Notes under the pieces: generated by a model
Databases searched by the model: none
The model's input: the letters and a program-made list of their open reading frames with translations, nothing else
Told to the model about the DNA's origin: nothing
Part shown: piece by piece, positions 1-16,844 of the stretch
Numbering within the stretch: position 1 is the stretch's first letter
Layout of the letters: each line of letters opens with the position of its first letter
Program-made: the position numbers and the translations under genes
NCBI GenBank assembly: GCA_002269645.1
Contig: NIVC01002014.1
Coordinates: 1-64,000, forward strand
Reading direction: 5' to 3'
Source: Macrostomum lignano
Lineage: Eukaryota
DNA: 64,000 nucleotides

Positions 1-272
1 CGCGTACCGCAGCTCAGCTCATTTCTATTACGATTAAACCGGCCTCTCCAAATTGCTCAGTTTTTTATATCGGCAGTTTCTACCGCCGAGACGGCAGCAG
101 ACATTTTTTAAGACAGCGGAACTCGCGCCTGAGCTGAGCCGGTTTTAATTGCTTTGAGAACTCTCTTGAGAACTGCGGAGGGGGCTGACCTGCCGCTGGC
201 TTGAGCTTTTCAGAATCATCCACGATGCTTTCGCTTGGCTTTCAGTGCAGCAGCTGTGAGTGCCCGTATGCC

Positions 273-1060
273 ATCAGTCAGTCAGTCAGTCAATCAGTCA
301 GTCAATCAGTCAATCAGTCAGTCAATCAGTCAATCAATTAGTCAATCAATCAATCAATCAATCAGTCAATCAGTCAATCAATCAAAGTCAGTCAATCATC
401 AGTCAATCAATCAATTCAAATTTCAGTCAATTCAATCAGTCAGTCAATCAGTCAGTCAATCAGTCAATCAATCAGTCAATCAATCAATCAGTCAATCAAT
501 CAATCAATCAGTAAATCGATCAATCAATCAGTCAATCAGTCAATCAATCAATCAATCAATCAGTCAGTCAATCAGTCAATCAATCAGTCAATCAATCAAT
601 CAGTCAATCAGTCAATCAATCAATCAATCAATCAGTCAGTCAATCAAGCAATCAATCAATCAGTCAATCAATAAATCAGTCAGCAAATCATTAAATCAAT
701 CAATCAATCAGTCAATCAATCAGTCAATCAACCAATCAATCAATCAATCAGTCAATCAACCAATCAATCAGTCAGCCAATCAATCAACCAATCAATCAGT
801 CAATCAATCAATCAATCAGTCAATCAGTCAATCAATCAATCAATCAGTCAATCAATAAATCAGTCAGCAAATCATTAAATCAATCAATCAATCAATCAGT
901 CAATCAATCAGCCAATCATTAAATCAATCAATCAATCAATCAGTCAATCAAGCAATCAATCAATCAATCAGTCAATCAATAAATCAGTCAGCAAATCATT
1001 AAATCAATCAATCAATCAGTCAGTCAATCAATCATTAAATCTCAGTCAGTCAATCAGCCA
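273..1060. repeat. (TCAA/TCAG)n microsatellite
   Basis: Mixed tetramer run of about 790 bp. Confidence 0.95.
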
Positions 1061-1084
1061 ATGGATCAATCAGCTTCAAAAATT

Positions 1085-1150
1085 GGTTTACCGTAGATTG
1101 CATAGGACAACTAGCGAAAGGATCGAACCCAGGACCTTTAGTTAGACTTT
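1085..1150 (-). mobile_element. Decayed tRNA-SINE head
   Basis: The minus strand reads aaaggtcctGGGTTCGATCCtttcg (B box). A similar relic lies at about 24290-24350 (tctGGGTTCGATGCCcc). No cloverleaf can be formed. Confidence 0.3.
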
Positions 1151-1534
1151 TAGTTAGAAAATAGTTAGACTTTTATTTGAAAATTTTGACGAAAGCAGGA
1201 AAAACTACTAGTAGTAAGCATGAACGCATTGCGGCTGACCAGTGAGTGACGCCTTCGGAACTGCCGCATGTATACATGTACAAAGAAAAAATTATAGGAA
1301 AAAAGTTCATTGCAAGTACACTCTTCACAGTCAATTGCAGACGGAATGTTGAATTGCGGTCAGTTACAGAATCTGATAAATAACTGTGTGCGAGTTTAGT
1401 AAAACAAAATATAAATAGTAGAAAAAATAGCAATGTCTGACTTTGAGTTTCAGACTAGCGCTGCTGCAAATTGTGACTCGATAACGGAGGGCGCGCTGCA
1501 CTACTGATGCCATAGAGAGAAGTCCAAAGTACAT

Positions 1535-1750
1535 CCAAAGTACACTAAGACTTTGATCCAAAGTACACTAAGGCTTTGATTCAAAGTACACTAAGGACTT
1601 TGATCCAAAGTACACTAAGGCTTTGGTCCAAAGTGCACTAAGGACTTGATCCAAAGTGCACTAAAGACTTTGATCCAGAGTACACTAAGGACTTTGATCA
1701 AAAGTGCACTAAGGACTTTGATCTAGAGTACACTAAGGACCTTGATGCAA
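1535..1750. repeat. ~24-bp minisatellite (tccaaagtacactaaggactttga), about 9 copies
   Basis: Direct reading. Confidence 0.85.
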
Positions 1751-1985
1751 AGTACACAAAGAAACTTTATCTCTTATAGTACTAAAATCAAAGTTCTTAG
1801 AGCTCTCGGATGAAATTTCCTTAATTACTGTAAGAACTTTGATCACAAAGGACACTAGTCTCAAACAATATAGGGATAAGGGTCCCAGGAGCTGGGATAT
1901 AAAAACAACTAAGTGTGTCCACATTCTCCTCAAGTTCAAAAATGATTGCAGAGACTGCACAGCTCCGGGCGGCCACCTGCAGCAC

Positions 1986-5962
<3,977 letters not shown>

Positions 5963-7964
5963 CCTGCTGGGCCTGGAATGCAGGTCAGCTGAGACTGTGC
6001 CTCATGAATTACACCTTGATGTTTTCTATGGGTTCAAAGCAAGTGTAATAATTATTTCAAGAAAAGGTTATTAAAAAGAAGTTTTAAGATTAATCTCAAA
6101 TTAATAGTAGTACTGGAGTTCATCAATAAAAGTGTCAAGTCACTCATTGAGTTTTTATAGCAATAAAATAGTTTAAATTGCAAGTTTAATTCATTTGATT
6201 AGATATTATAATAACAATACAACAATATCATAGTTTTGCTAAATCAGAAAAATGGAATTTTTCATGTTAGTTTCCATTTTACTTAAATATATAGCTTGTC
6301 TTTTAATTTAAAAACTTCATTTATATTTACTTTGCTATGAGTGCATATTAAATGTATGATAATATAAAAAATCATAGGAAAGTTTTATAAAGATAAATGA
6401 CTATCAAATATATTATACTGTATGATATTCTTTTTAAAATTTACTTTGAAAAAAAGAGTTATATATTCTGATTTTTCAGATTTACATAAAAGTTTTAGAG
6501 GTTCAAAAATATTTACTTGTCAAGACTTTTGAGCGAGTTGGCTTGCAGATTTTTTAGATTTATGAAAATAGTCTGCTTCTTATTTTGGCATAGGAGAAAT
6601 TATAAAAATATTTGATAACCAACCGTAGTGAAATAAATTACACCGGAAAACTGTTTGATTCACTGCAAGATGTCAGGTTTGCTTACTAATTGAATTTTTT
6701 ACAAGTTAAAGCAATATATAATAGATTAGGCATCGCTAAAATAAGCATATTCAGTCCTTTGGCCACGTGAGTAGTTAAGTTTCTCTGAATGCTAGAAATA
6801 ATCGTAGTACTTCTATTATGAATCGGCAAACTGTAAGAATATTTGTAGATAGTTTTGTACCTACAAATTCCTACAAAAAGACAGAATAATGTACCTTTTA
6901 AAAATATTGACAATGCCAACCATTGGTACGTTAGTAAGTAAAACAAATGACTTTAAATTTACTACTAAGATATTTTTATCTTTTACTTAAAATGTTTAGT
7001 TTCTAACTTATTGCAGTTTAATAAATTACAAAAATAGTATTTATATTTGACTAAACCTTATACTGATCAATTATCACGCCATTGCTATGTGCATGTGCAT
7101 GTGTATCGGAGGCGCCAGATATCGGGACGTGGGATGGGACCCATATTCCATATCAGCTTTTGGTGTAATAAGCAGTCCCCATGTATTCTTGGGTTGGCTT
7201 CTTATTATTTCCAACTGTAAATTCAAGAACTACTCAAGTAGAAGCCAAGGATATGCAGGGAACTACCATTCTAGGAAATTTTTAAGAGGATGTTTTACCG
7301 AAAAAATACATTAAGGAGAACGGAGATTTTCATTTTTTAGCACTGAATTTGCAATTGCTATTGATAGCAGGCAGAATGGCAGATCCTATGTTCATCTTTC
7401 AAGGCACAAAAACAAATACACCCATGCATGATGTGTACAGAAAGCGATCCTTTGTCGCAGAATAAAAATCAAATTATTTTTTATTTTCTAAAAGCACTCC
7501 CGTCGTTAAAAGCAATATGTACTGCTTTGCCTTTAGTATTTTAACAATGTACTGGGCCCACGACTGTACATCTAGTTTTTTTAAGTGGCTGCACGCATAT
7601 ACTACAGTAGCACGTTTAGCAATGCAAACTGCGAAACTTTACGCCTTCTCGGCCGCCAGAAAAACAGCAAATAAAATGTGAATAAATAAATAAATGAATA
7701 TATATATACTTTCATGGAGCCCACTAGCTATTTCATGTAAGAGTGTAAGCTGAAATTTTTTAATCATAATTCCACAGTGACAAATGACAGATTAAAGCCG
7801 ATGCAGGCATGCCATGTAGATAGCTCGTAGTACATTTTAAGGACATAAAAATCAAAGCAATGTGATTGATGCCTTCATTTTTATGTGAAAACATAATTTC
7901 TAACTAATTTCTATTTCCACACTAATTTCTAATTAATTCCGAGCACGTTGATTGATTTGCAGAT

Positions 7965-10900
7965 TCAGCTCGAATCGTCAGTCAGGCCGCCCGTCAGTCG
8001 TCTGCGCCTCGGCCTGGGCTGATGATACTCGGCTCCGCTCGGTTCCCCCCGAGCTGCGCCTTCGGCCTCGGCGCCACTCGAGTTGATGTGCACCAGGCTG
8101 CGAATGAAGCCGCTCAGGTCGGAGGCGCGGGAACGCGGCGACCCCGGAAATTTGGCGCCTCCGACGCCACCGCCGCCGCCGCCGAAAGTGGCCCTGCGAC
8201 TTCGCATGGAGTTCTCGGCCGGCTCGCCGACCACAGTCCGCTGATCGCCCAGGCCGCGGTAGTCGATGCTGCAGCTGTAGCTGAACTTGGCCGAGCGCCG
8301 CTCCAGCAGCTGCTGCCGATCCGCTGGGCCGTCCGGGCCGTCAACGCAGAAGCGGCGCAGGCTGCAGCCTGACACGAAGGTGTCCGGCAGGCTGAACTCA
8401 ATCGACGCGGAGTCAGTCAGCGCCTCGCCGTCGGGAATCAGGTCACCAGGCGGAAGGCGGAGGCTGCAGTCCAGCTGCTGGGGCTCCGGACAGCCTGCTG
8501 TATGTGGGATGTGAAGAACCGCTTTTTACTTGTTTTTAATATCTAGGGAACAAGTTCCCCGAAGCAGATTTCATTCTCAAGCTGATTTCAAACAGCACGC
8601 GTTTCAATAATTTACTCCTTATCCTTATAGGCTTGCATCTTCACTTTTACAGCCCCCCCATACATGTAATTGCTTATGATTATAGTTGGCTAGTTAGTCA
8701 TGCTGTGGTTTAGAAAAGTTTACCAGATCGATTCGCAACCAACCTCTCAGCTTGTCCGCGGGCAGCCGCTCGATACGCCAAACGAGGCCCCGGTGTGCGT
8801 CCTGGTACTGAGCAGAGCCGGCGCTGACCTTCAGCTCCACAGTCTGCGGCTCCGACTGCTGGGAGATCAGCTGCGCCAGGCGCTCGAGCCGCGGCGAGGA
8901 GCCCGACGTGCCCGGAGACGCGGGGCTCGACGACTTCAGCCGGAAGTGCAGCAGCCAGACCTCGGGCAGCGGCACTCGAATCTCAACTTCGCTCGCCGCG
9001 GCCGCCGTTCGACGCCGGAGCGCCTCTCGCTGGCCTGTGAGGGTGCAGCGGATGTTCACCAGGTTGCCGTCGGCGCAGGCGACAAATCTGCAGGCCAGGC
9101 GGAGCGGCGGCTCCAGCCGCCAGTCCTCGTCGCGGCCGGGAACCGTGCGGACCCGGGCCGCCTCCAGACGGCAGGACGGCACCGGCTGAAAGCGGATGAC
9201 GCGAGATTCCCGATATCCGCGGGCCTCCACCCGGGCGTGCAGCTCCGCGTCCAGCACGCCGACCCATTCGCCATCGTCGCCGCCGTCTGAGTCGATCGAC
9301 CGCTCGGCCTCTCGGCGCCGCCTGTCGTTCAGCGCGAGCTCCACGCAGCTCGGCGCATCGGACGGAGCGACAACAGCCAGAAAGAACAGCCGGGTGCGCC
9401 ACTTGCGGTGCATCACCTGGCCCTCGCGGTCGATCATGGCCTCGAATTCGTCGCGCAGGTAGGCACAGAAGAAGCTGCTCTCCTTGGCGCACTCAACTGG
9501 CGGCGGCTGTGGCGTCGCATCCGAGATCCTCATCAGCGAGTCCTCGATGGCCCAAGCCAGCGATCTGGCCGTGTACTGCTCAGCGCTGCCGAACTTCATA
9601 ATGACGGTCTGCACCTTCGCGGGCCCGCCCGACTGCTCCCGCTCTACCAGCCGGCTGCCTACGATGGCTTGCTGCAGCGAGCGCAGCGACCACCAGTCGG
9701 CGCGGTGTTCGCCCTCCGGCGCGTAGCGGACTGAGCTGAGCTTGAATGTGTGCAGCCGGCCCACGCCTTCGTACAGCTTCAGCACGTCCTCGCCAACCTG
9801 CTGGCTCGCATCCAGCCTGATGACTTGCAGCAACCGGTCTGTAGCTTCGTCGAGCAGCTCCAAGCTGGGCTCGCTGGTCAGCCGGACGCGGACCTCCGTC
9901 CATGACGCTTTCGCGGCGTCTCCGCAGAGCCGCGCCCACAGCAGCCAGCCGTCCGCTGCATCATATGGCGGGTGGAACGGCTCGAGCCGGCTCTGCTCAA
10001 CCTGCGCCTGCACCATCAGCTCCGAGATGAAGACCGCGTCACTTGCAGGCTCTTCCTCGCGAGTAGAGCAGCGCCTCAAGGAGCTCTGTTCGCTCCTAGC
10101 GTCGGCTTCTTCCACTAGCCGCAGCTGGTCCCGATCGTCGGTGTCGAACGGGTTGAACCGCTGAGGGCTCCGCCCGGGCCCTTCTGGAGTCTCCTGGCGC
10201 TCAGCGATGGTCTCCAGCGAGCCCGCATCGGCCAGCTTTGCCGCACCGTCCTGACCGAGCTGGGCGCGGATCCCGCCGGTGCTCTGGCTCGGCCCTTCGG
10301 CTTCAGTTGAGCTGCCATCCTGAGCAGCCACAGGGAAGCCCTGCAGACCCAAGGCCTCCGCTGCAACACATTCGGACAAGCTCATCGCGCCTGCGGAGGG
10401 AGAGGGGGTTCAGCCGCTTGCAGTAATTTTTCGAGGTCAGTCAGGCCGTCAGACATTGCCCCATGGCAACTCTGCCTGCTTATTAAAGACTTGAAGGACT
10501 GGCCAGCCCGTCCCAGCTAATCTACATTCCGCCCTCCTGCTTACGCCAGCCTGCTATAAAATTCTCTCCGCTGTTCCCTCCGCCGCCTCATCAAGCCGCA
10601 GGCAGCTGGGGCAGCTCAGGCGTGAAGCGGGACGGCCGCCGCTCTCCGCACTCCACGTTTCATTTTTGCCGACCACCTTCTAATTCACTCTCCATCTCGA
10701 GGCTTAGGAATCAGCTGATGCATCCGGCCACCCCAATCTTCCTGCCCCGCACCTCTTAGCCTGAGCCCTGATCGATCCCCGGAGCTTCATGCCCAGAATC
10801 CTTTGACAGGCTTCAGCCTTTCTTACAGATTCCCTTCCGCATCAGGCTGGTTGAAAAAGTTTAGTAAAATCCAGCTGCTCTGTTTGAGCCACTCAAGCTG

Positions 10901-12179
10901 TTTGAGAAGCTCAGAACTCGTGTGAGTCTATTTTTTGCGAAGCAAACAGTGCGCGAAAACAGTTTGTGGAAAGCGGGAATTCATCTAGTCCAGCTGCAGC
11001 TGACCTGCCGTACTTCCGCACCCCTGCTGAGCTGCTTTGAAATCATTTGGGCTGCTGCAGCTGAAATCCTGGCCTTCTCTGTCCTCATCCGCTGCGGCAG
11101 GGCGCTCGTCCGGCGCTTTATCCTCCAGCTCCGCTGCGGCAGGGCGCTCGTCCGGCGCTTTATCCTCCAGCTCCGGTGCGGCAGGGCGCTCGTCCGGCGC
11201 TTTATCCTCCAGCTCCGGTGCGGCAGGGCGCTCGTCCGGCGCTTTATCCTCCAGCTCCGGTGCGGCAGAGCGCTCGTCCGGCGCTTTATCCTCCAGCTCC
11301 GGTGCGGCAGAGCGCTCGTCCGGCGCTTTATCCTCCAGCTCCGGTGCGGCAGAGCGCTCGTCCGGCGCTTTATCCTCCAGCTCCGGTGCGGCAGAGCGCT
11401 CGTCCGGCGCTTTATCCTCCAGCTCCGGTGGCATAGAAAACTCGTCGCCAGTAGCCGGGCACTCAGGCCCCGCCTCCAGGCAGCTGTCCAAGTTAGCGCT
11501 GGTGAAGAACTCCTGGACAGCCCGGTCCGCCCGCTCTGCAGCTCGGCAGGTGCTGCTCGTCCCCTCCTCACCCTCCTCTTCGCTGTCGCAGCTGCTGAGG
11601 CTGAGCTGCTCGCTGATGTCCTTCACCAGCTGCGCGAGCTCCTGAGTGGCTTGGAACTGGCACTCACGCGGGTCCACGGGGAACAGAGTGGCCCGGATCT
11701 GCTCCACGTCCACTTCTGAGCAGCGGCGGCTGCCGGAGCCCCCGCCGGAGCTGGCGCCGCCCTCGGTTGACTCGCGTCTGCACGAGCTGCGCCGACGCTC
11801 GCCGCGCGCCGATCCGCCGCTTCCCTCAGTCGATTCGCGCCGGCACGAGCTGCGCCGATCGCCGCGCGCCGATACGCCGCTGTTGCCGCGACTTTGCAGA
11901 GTCTTGAAGGAGAAGCGGGCGTCCCGGTCCGGCATCACCACGTCGCGCTCTGAGAACTCCAGCGACAGGCTGCTGGTGCGGAAGTCCTCGTGACTCTGCA
12001 CGTAGGGCGAGCCGAACTCCTCGGCAGCCAGGTAGCTGTAGTACACGCCCTGCACGTTGCCACGGTGCTCGTAGGTCTGCCCGAACTCGAACTCGGTCGC
12101 GTCCAAATCCGCGCTTCGGTCGAAGAGACTCTTCCGCTCTGGTTGCGGGGACGGCTGCTTGCCCTGTTCCTTCTGTTGC

Positions 12180-12216
<37 letters not shown>

Positions 12217-12313
12217 TGGACTTCGACTTTCTCCGACGAAATGACGGCAGCAGTCCGAACAGCGGCTTTTTATTTTCGTGGCCGCCGCTGCCGCTGCCGC
12301 TGGCGCTGCTCAT
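7965..12313 (-). CDS. stnB: Stonin / stoned-B-like endocytic adaptor (NPF motif, stonin-homology domain, mu-homology domain), 3 coding exons
   Basis: Exons 12313-11005, 10390-8744, 8497 (or 8494)-7965, joined in phase 1. Contains RFNPF, the SHD-like GWLLWAR..W..VRVRL..FKLSSVRY..IMKFGS, and MHD-like LRDEF..IDREG, ELALND, SRVIRFQPVPSCRLEAARVRT, IEFSLPDTFVSG. The join of exon 1 rests on splice sites and phase only. Confidence 0.8.
11095..11430 (-). repeat. Coding 42-bp repeat (APELEDKAPDER[S/P]A), about 8 copies, in stonin exon 1
   Basis: Lies in the 10985-12313 ORF, which has non-repetitive coding sequence on both sides. Confidence 0.85.
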
Positions 12314-12760
12314 TGCGAAGGGGGACTCGAGCCAAGGCCGGATTAGGCTGAGTAGCTCTGAGCAGGGAAGCCGGGGTCCGCAGCTGCGTGTTATCCCCGA
12401 GGGAACCCGAGATGAGTATAAAGAGGCAGAAGGCGGGGGCAGCTCGGGGCCTCGGCTTCTTTGCCTCTCGCGCGCACTTCGCTCGCAGGCCGGCCCTTGA
12501 GTGAAGGATCGCGGGACTCGGACACAACAGGAAGGGCTGAATTTGAGAGGAGCGACTCACTTATAGGGCTGCCGCTGCCGCCCTCCTATCCCGGGCACTG
12601 ATTCGCGGCATGCCTGCAGCTGCCCCCCCCCCTGCCTCGGAGCAACTTTTCTCCCCTCCCATGCAGGTCGCATTGTCCCCGCGAGCCCGGAGCCTCCGTC
12701 CGGTCCAGGGACGCTTTGACCAAGACTTCTGGACGGGAAGCGGAGCTGCAACTGGTCGGG

Positions 12761-13029
12761 GCAGTTGTCTTATGCAATCCCCAGTTCCCCATCGAATTTC
12801 CCGAACAGTGCGGCAGTTGTCTTATGCAATCCCCAGTTCCCCATCGAATTTCCCGAACAGTGCGGCAGTTGTCTTATGCAATCCCCAGTTCCCCATCGAA
12901 TTTCCCGAACAGTGCGGCAGTTGTCTTATGCAATCCCCAGTTCCCCATCGAATTTCCCGAACAATGCGGCAGTTGTCTTATGCAATCCCCAGTTCCCCAT
13001 CGAATTTCCCGGACAGTGCGGCAGTTGTA
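12761..13029. repeat. 52-bp minisatellite, 5 copies plus a partial, upstream of stonin
   Basis: Unit gcagttgtcttatgcaatccccagttccccatcgaatttcccgaacagtgcg at 12761, 12813, 12865, 12917, 12969. Confidence 0.92.
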
Positions 13030-13717
13030 TCGGCAGGGCAGGTTAAATCGGCAGGGAATTTAAATAATTAAAAGCGCATTCTGAGTTCACTCAGTTCAGT
13101 TTATTTCGCACCTTCCCGAGAGTTCGTTCAGCCATAAACAAACTCCGCTCTCACAGGCGGGCTGCACACAGCGAGTTCCCATGGCCTGAAGCTGCAGAAT
13201 CGGGCCAGGCTGCACCTTCTGCTCCCCACTCTCTCTAGAACTCCCCGGTCGCCTCTCTCTGCCTCATCAGTCCCGACTCCCGCGTGTCTCTGAATCCGCT
13301 TTGCCGCGACTTTGCTACATCTGCGGCTTCCCTGCAGCCTTTCTGGGGGGGGGGGTGGGATTCGAGATTAGGAGCCGTGTCCGGGACTGGCCAGGTGCCC
13401 CGGCTACAAAGGAAAGGGGGGCAGCGCATGTAATTAGCAGCGGGCCAGCGGGGACGACCGCCTCGAAGCTGAGCTGCGGCAACTCAACGAAAGGAGAGAC
13501 TCGAGGGGGAGAAGATGAAGCAGGCAGTGAGCAGCTCTGTGCCCCATCGGGTGAGTGAGCACTGTGACAGAATCCCGGTTGATTGCATTAACTTCTCATA
13601 AACGAATGAATTCACTGCCTCATAAATTGCTGGATAAATTTATTGCTGAGCAAGAAATGCTATTGTCTTTGACGGGAAATTTTAGGGAGTTTAACAAGAA
13701 AACAAAGTAGAGGGAGA

Positions 13718-15163
13718 GAGGGGCATGGGAAGGGAGATATGAGATGAAGAGGAGCAGATCCGGAGGAGGGGCATGGGAAGGGAGATATGAGATGAAGAGG
13801 AGCAGATCCGGAGGAGGGGCATGGGAAGGGAGATATGAGATGAAGAGGAGCAGATCCGGAGGAGGGGCATGGGAAGGGAGATATGAGATGAAGAGGAGCA
13901 GATCCGGAGGAGGGGCATGGGAAGGGAGATATGAGATGAAGAGGAGCAGATCCGGAGGAGGGGCATGGGAAGGGAGATATGAGATGAAGAGGAGCAGATC
14001 CGGAGGAGGGGCATGGGAAGGGAGATATAAGATGAAGAGGAGCAGATCCGGAGGAGGGGCATGGGAAGGGAGATATGAGATGAAGAGGAGCAGATCCGGA
14101 GGAGGGGCATGGGAAGGGAGATATGAGATGAAGAGCAGCAGATCCGGAGGAGGGGCATGGGAAGGGAGATATGAGATGAAGAGGAGCAGATCCGGAGGAG
14201 GGGCATGGGAAGGGAGATATGAGATGAAGAGGAGCAGATCCGGAGGAGGGGCATGGGAAGGGAGATATGAGATGAAGAGGAGCAGATCCGGAGGAGGGGC
14301 ATGGGAAGGGAGATATGAGATGAAGAGGAGCAGATCCGGAGGAGGGGCATGGGAAGGGAGATATGAGATGAAGAGGAGCAGATCCGGAGGAGGGTCATGG
14401 GAAGGGAGATATGAGATGAAGGGAGCAGATCCGGAGGAGGGGCATGGGAAGGGAGATATGAGATGAAGAGGAGCAGATCCGGAGGAGGGGCATGGGAAGG
14501 GAGATATGAGATGAAGAGGAGCAGATCCGGAGGAGGGGCATGGGAAGGGAGATATGAGATGAAGAGGAGCAGATCCGGAGGAGGGGCATGGGAAGGGAGA
14601 TATGAGATGAAGAGCAGCAGATCCGGAGGAGGGGCATGGGAAGGGAGATATGAGATGAAGAGGAGCAGATCCGGAGGAGGGGCATGGGAAGGGAGATATG
14701 AGATGAAGGGGAGCAGATCCGGAGGAGGGGCATGGGAAGGGAGATATGAGATGAAGAGGAGCAGATCCGGAGGAGGGGCATGGGAAGGGAGATATGAGAT
14801 GAAGAGGAGCAGATCCGGAGGAGGGTCATGGGAAGGGAGATATGAGATGAAGAGGAGCAGATCCGGAGGAGGGTCATGGGAAGGGAGATATGAGATGAAG
14901 GGGAGCAGATCCGGAGGAGGGGCATGGGAAGGGAGATATGAGATGAAGAGGAGCAGATCCGGAGGAGGGGCATGGGAAGGGAGATATGAGATGAAGAGGA
15001 GCAGATCCGGAGGAGGGGCATGGGAAGGGAGATATGAGATGAAGAGGAGCAGATCCGGAGGAGGGTCATGGGAAGGGAGATATGAGATGAAGGGGAGCAG
15101 ATCCGGAGGAGGGGCATGGGAAGGGAGATATGAGATGAAGAGGAGCAGATCTGGAGGAGGGGC
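13718..15163. repeat. 48-bp purine-rich minisatellite, about 30 copies
   Basis: Unit gaggggcatgggaagggagatatgagatgaagaggagcagatccggag; one copy near 14420 has a 1-nt deletion. Confidence 0.95.
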
Positions 15164-16844
15164 ATACAGGGGCAGAGCAGGCAGCCACAGAGTCGGGAAG
15201 AGTGAAAGAGTGAAAAAGGCAGCTGAGAGGCAGAGGGGCTGCCAGCGCCACGGTCAGCCGGGTGCCTGAGTCAGCGGCTGAGTGAGCATCTCGCCGAAGC
15301 AGTGTGTCTGTGACGCAGGGACGCGTGAAGGCGCAGCGCGGAGAGCCTGCAGCTGAGAGCCCGCAGCTTCAGCTGACAAAAATACCCGCTTGGAAACTGG
15401 AGACCCGGAGGAGCAGGCGGTGCGTGCGGCCTCAAAGGCGGCTGCTGCCCAACCGGACTCGATGAGTCGCTAATCACCTGTGCAGCGCAGGCAGGTCTGT
15501 TCGGAAAGCCGCAGGTGTTTGCGCTGCAGTTGCCTGGGAAAAAGCTGCGGCTCTCTGAGCTGGAGGAATCGCTTTTGTCAACAGGAAATTCTCGAGCTAA
15601 AGCTTGCTGGTTTTGGAAGAACGCCGCTTTTTCAGCAGAATGGAAGCCAGGTGTCCGACTTCGCAAACGCGGTCTATGAGAAAGCTGGAGTTGTTTTAGC
15701 AAGAATCCATTCGTTTTTGGAAGTGTTCTGTAAAATAAAAATAATAATTAGATTTTTTGAAAACATCGGTTTCTTCATGCACTACTCTTGCAGTAGTATA
15801 ACGCAAACAGAACTTGTGCATTGCCCTGTCTCCGTGCTTCATCACCGCTAGCACGCACAATGCTCCTGTTTTCGGCCAGTCTCAGGCCGCCTGCACCAAT
15901 TTCAGTTCGGCAATACTTGACGCCCCTGCGCACTGCACAGCTCATAAAACTCCGACCCTGGCCTAATTCAGGCCACCTGCCAGTACCACAGCAATCAGCA
16001 TGTACTTTAATCAGTGTACATGTACACTTGGGGCCTGGCTAAGAAAGAGACTCAGTCCGAAGACCTGCATGAGCCAGGAGCATCAGAAGGCTCAGGTTTC
16101 AATTTGGCCATCAGGCTTAACGGACAGAGCAAAAGAGGGGCCGCTAAAACACTCATGAGTCACTGCTGCATCTGTGCTCACAAATTTACGAGGCAAGGAC
16201 GCTGATGCGGAAGTGCGACATCTGATTAATTAGAGGCAGGGAGCTGCGGCAGGGAGGAAACGGCCCAATGCGATTGCCCCTCGGACAGGCGGCCGGAATC
16301 AGCGCAGCTGCAATCAGTGCCAGGGCCTGGCGGCGCAGCTGCTCACAGGGCTGTCCCAAAGTGGGGATCAATGTTTTGCTTGGAGCACGCAGAAAGAGAA
16401 AATATCAATCAGATAGAGAGCTCTGGGATCCCTGCAGGCAAAATTTGCATTCAGAGTCCACGCGAGGGACTTTAAAATTTGGGCTACGGAGAATTTGAGC
16501 TCCAAGCACATTTTTGCTGTCCCGTGGTTCAGCTGTGTGACTGCAGACAGCCTGATCCGTCGGGCTTGGCCAGGAGAATCAATCAGTTTCAATCCGACCA
16601 CGGAATCCCAGCCAACCAGGCCGGCACAGATCTGTGTGCAGCCGTGACTTAATCCGAGTATTTACAGCAGACATGTTCAGACAGGCGCAGAGAGAAGCTA
16701 AAGCTCGGGGTTCAAGAAACTCAGGCCACTCCCCACCCGCAGCAGCCAATCGCCTTGGAGTTCTGTTGCAGACAGCTGATAAAAGCTGGCTTCTCCGCTC
16801 GCAGAGCCACTTGCTGCTGAGAGGCGCCCAAATCCTGCTCAGGC

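Noticed and set aside
8022-10164. Plus-strand ORFs overlapping stonin (and similar shadows over the anoctamin, lectin and GPCR exons)
   Set aside because: Antisense shadows of GC-rich codon usage with no independent motifs.
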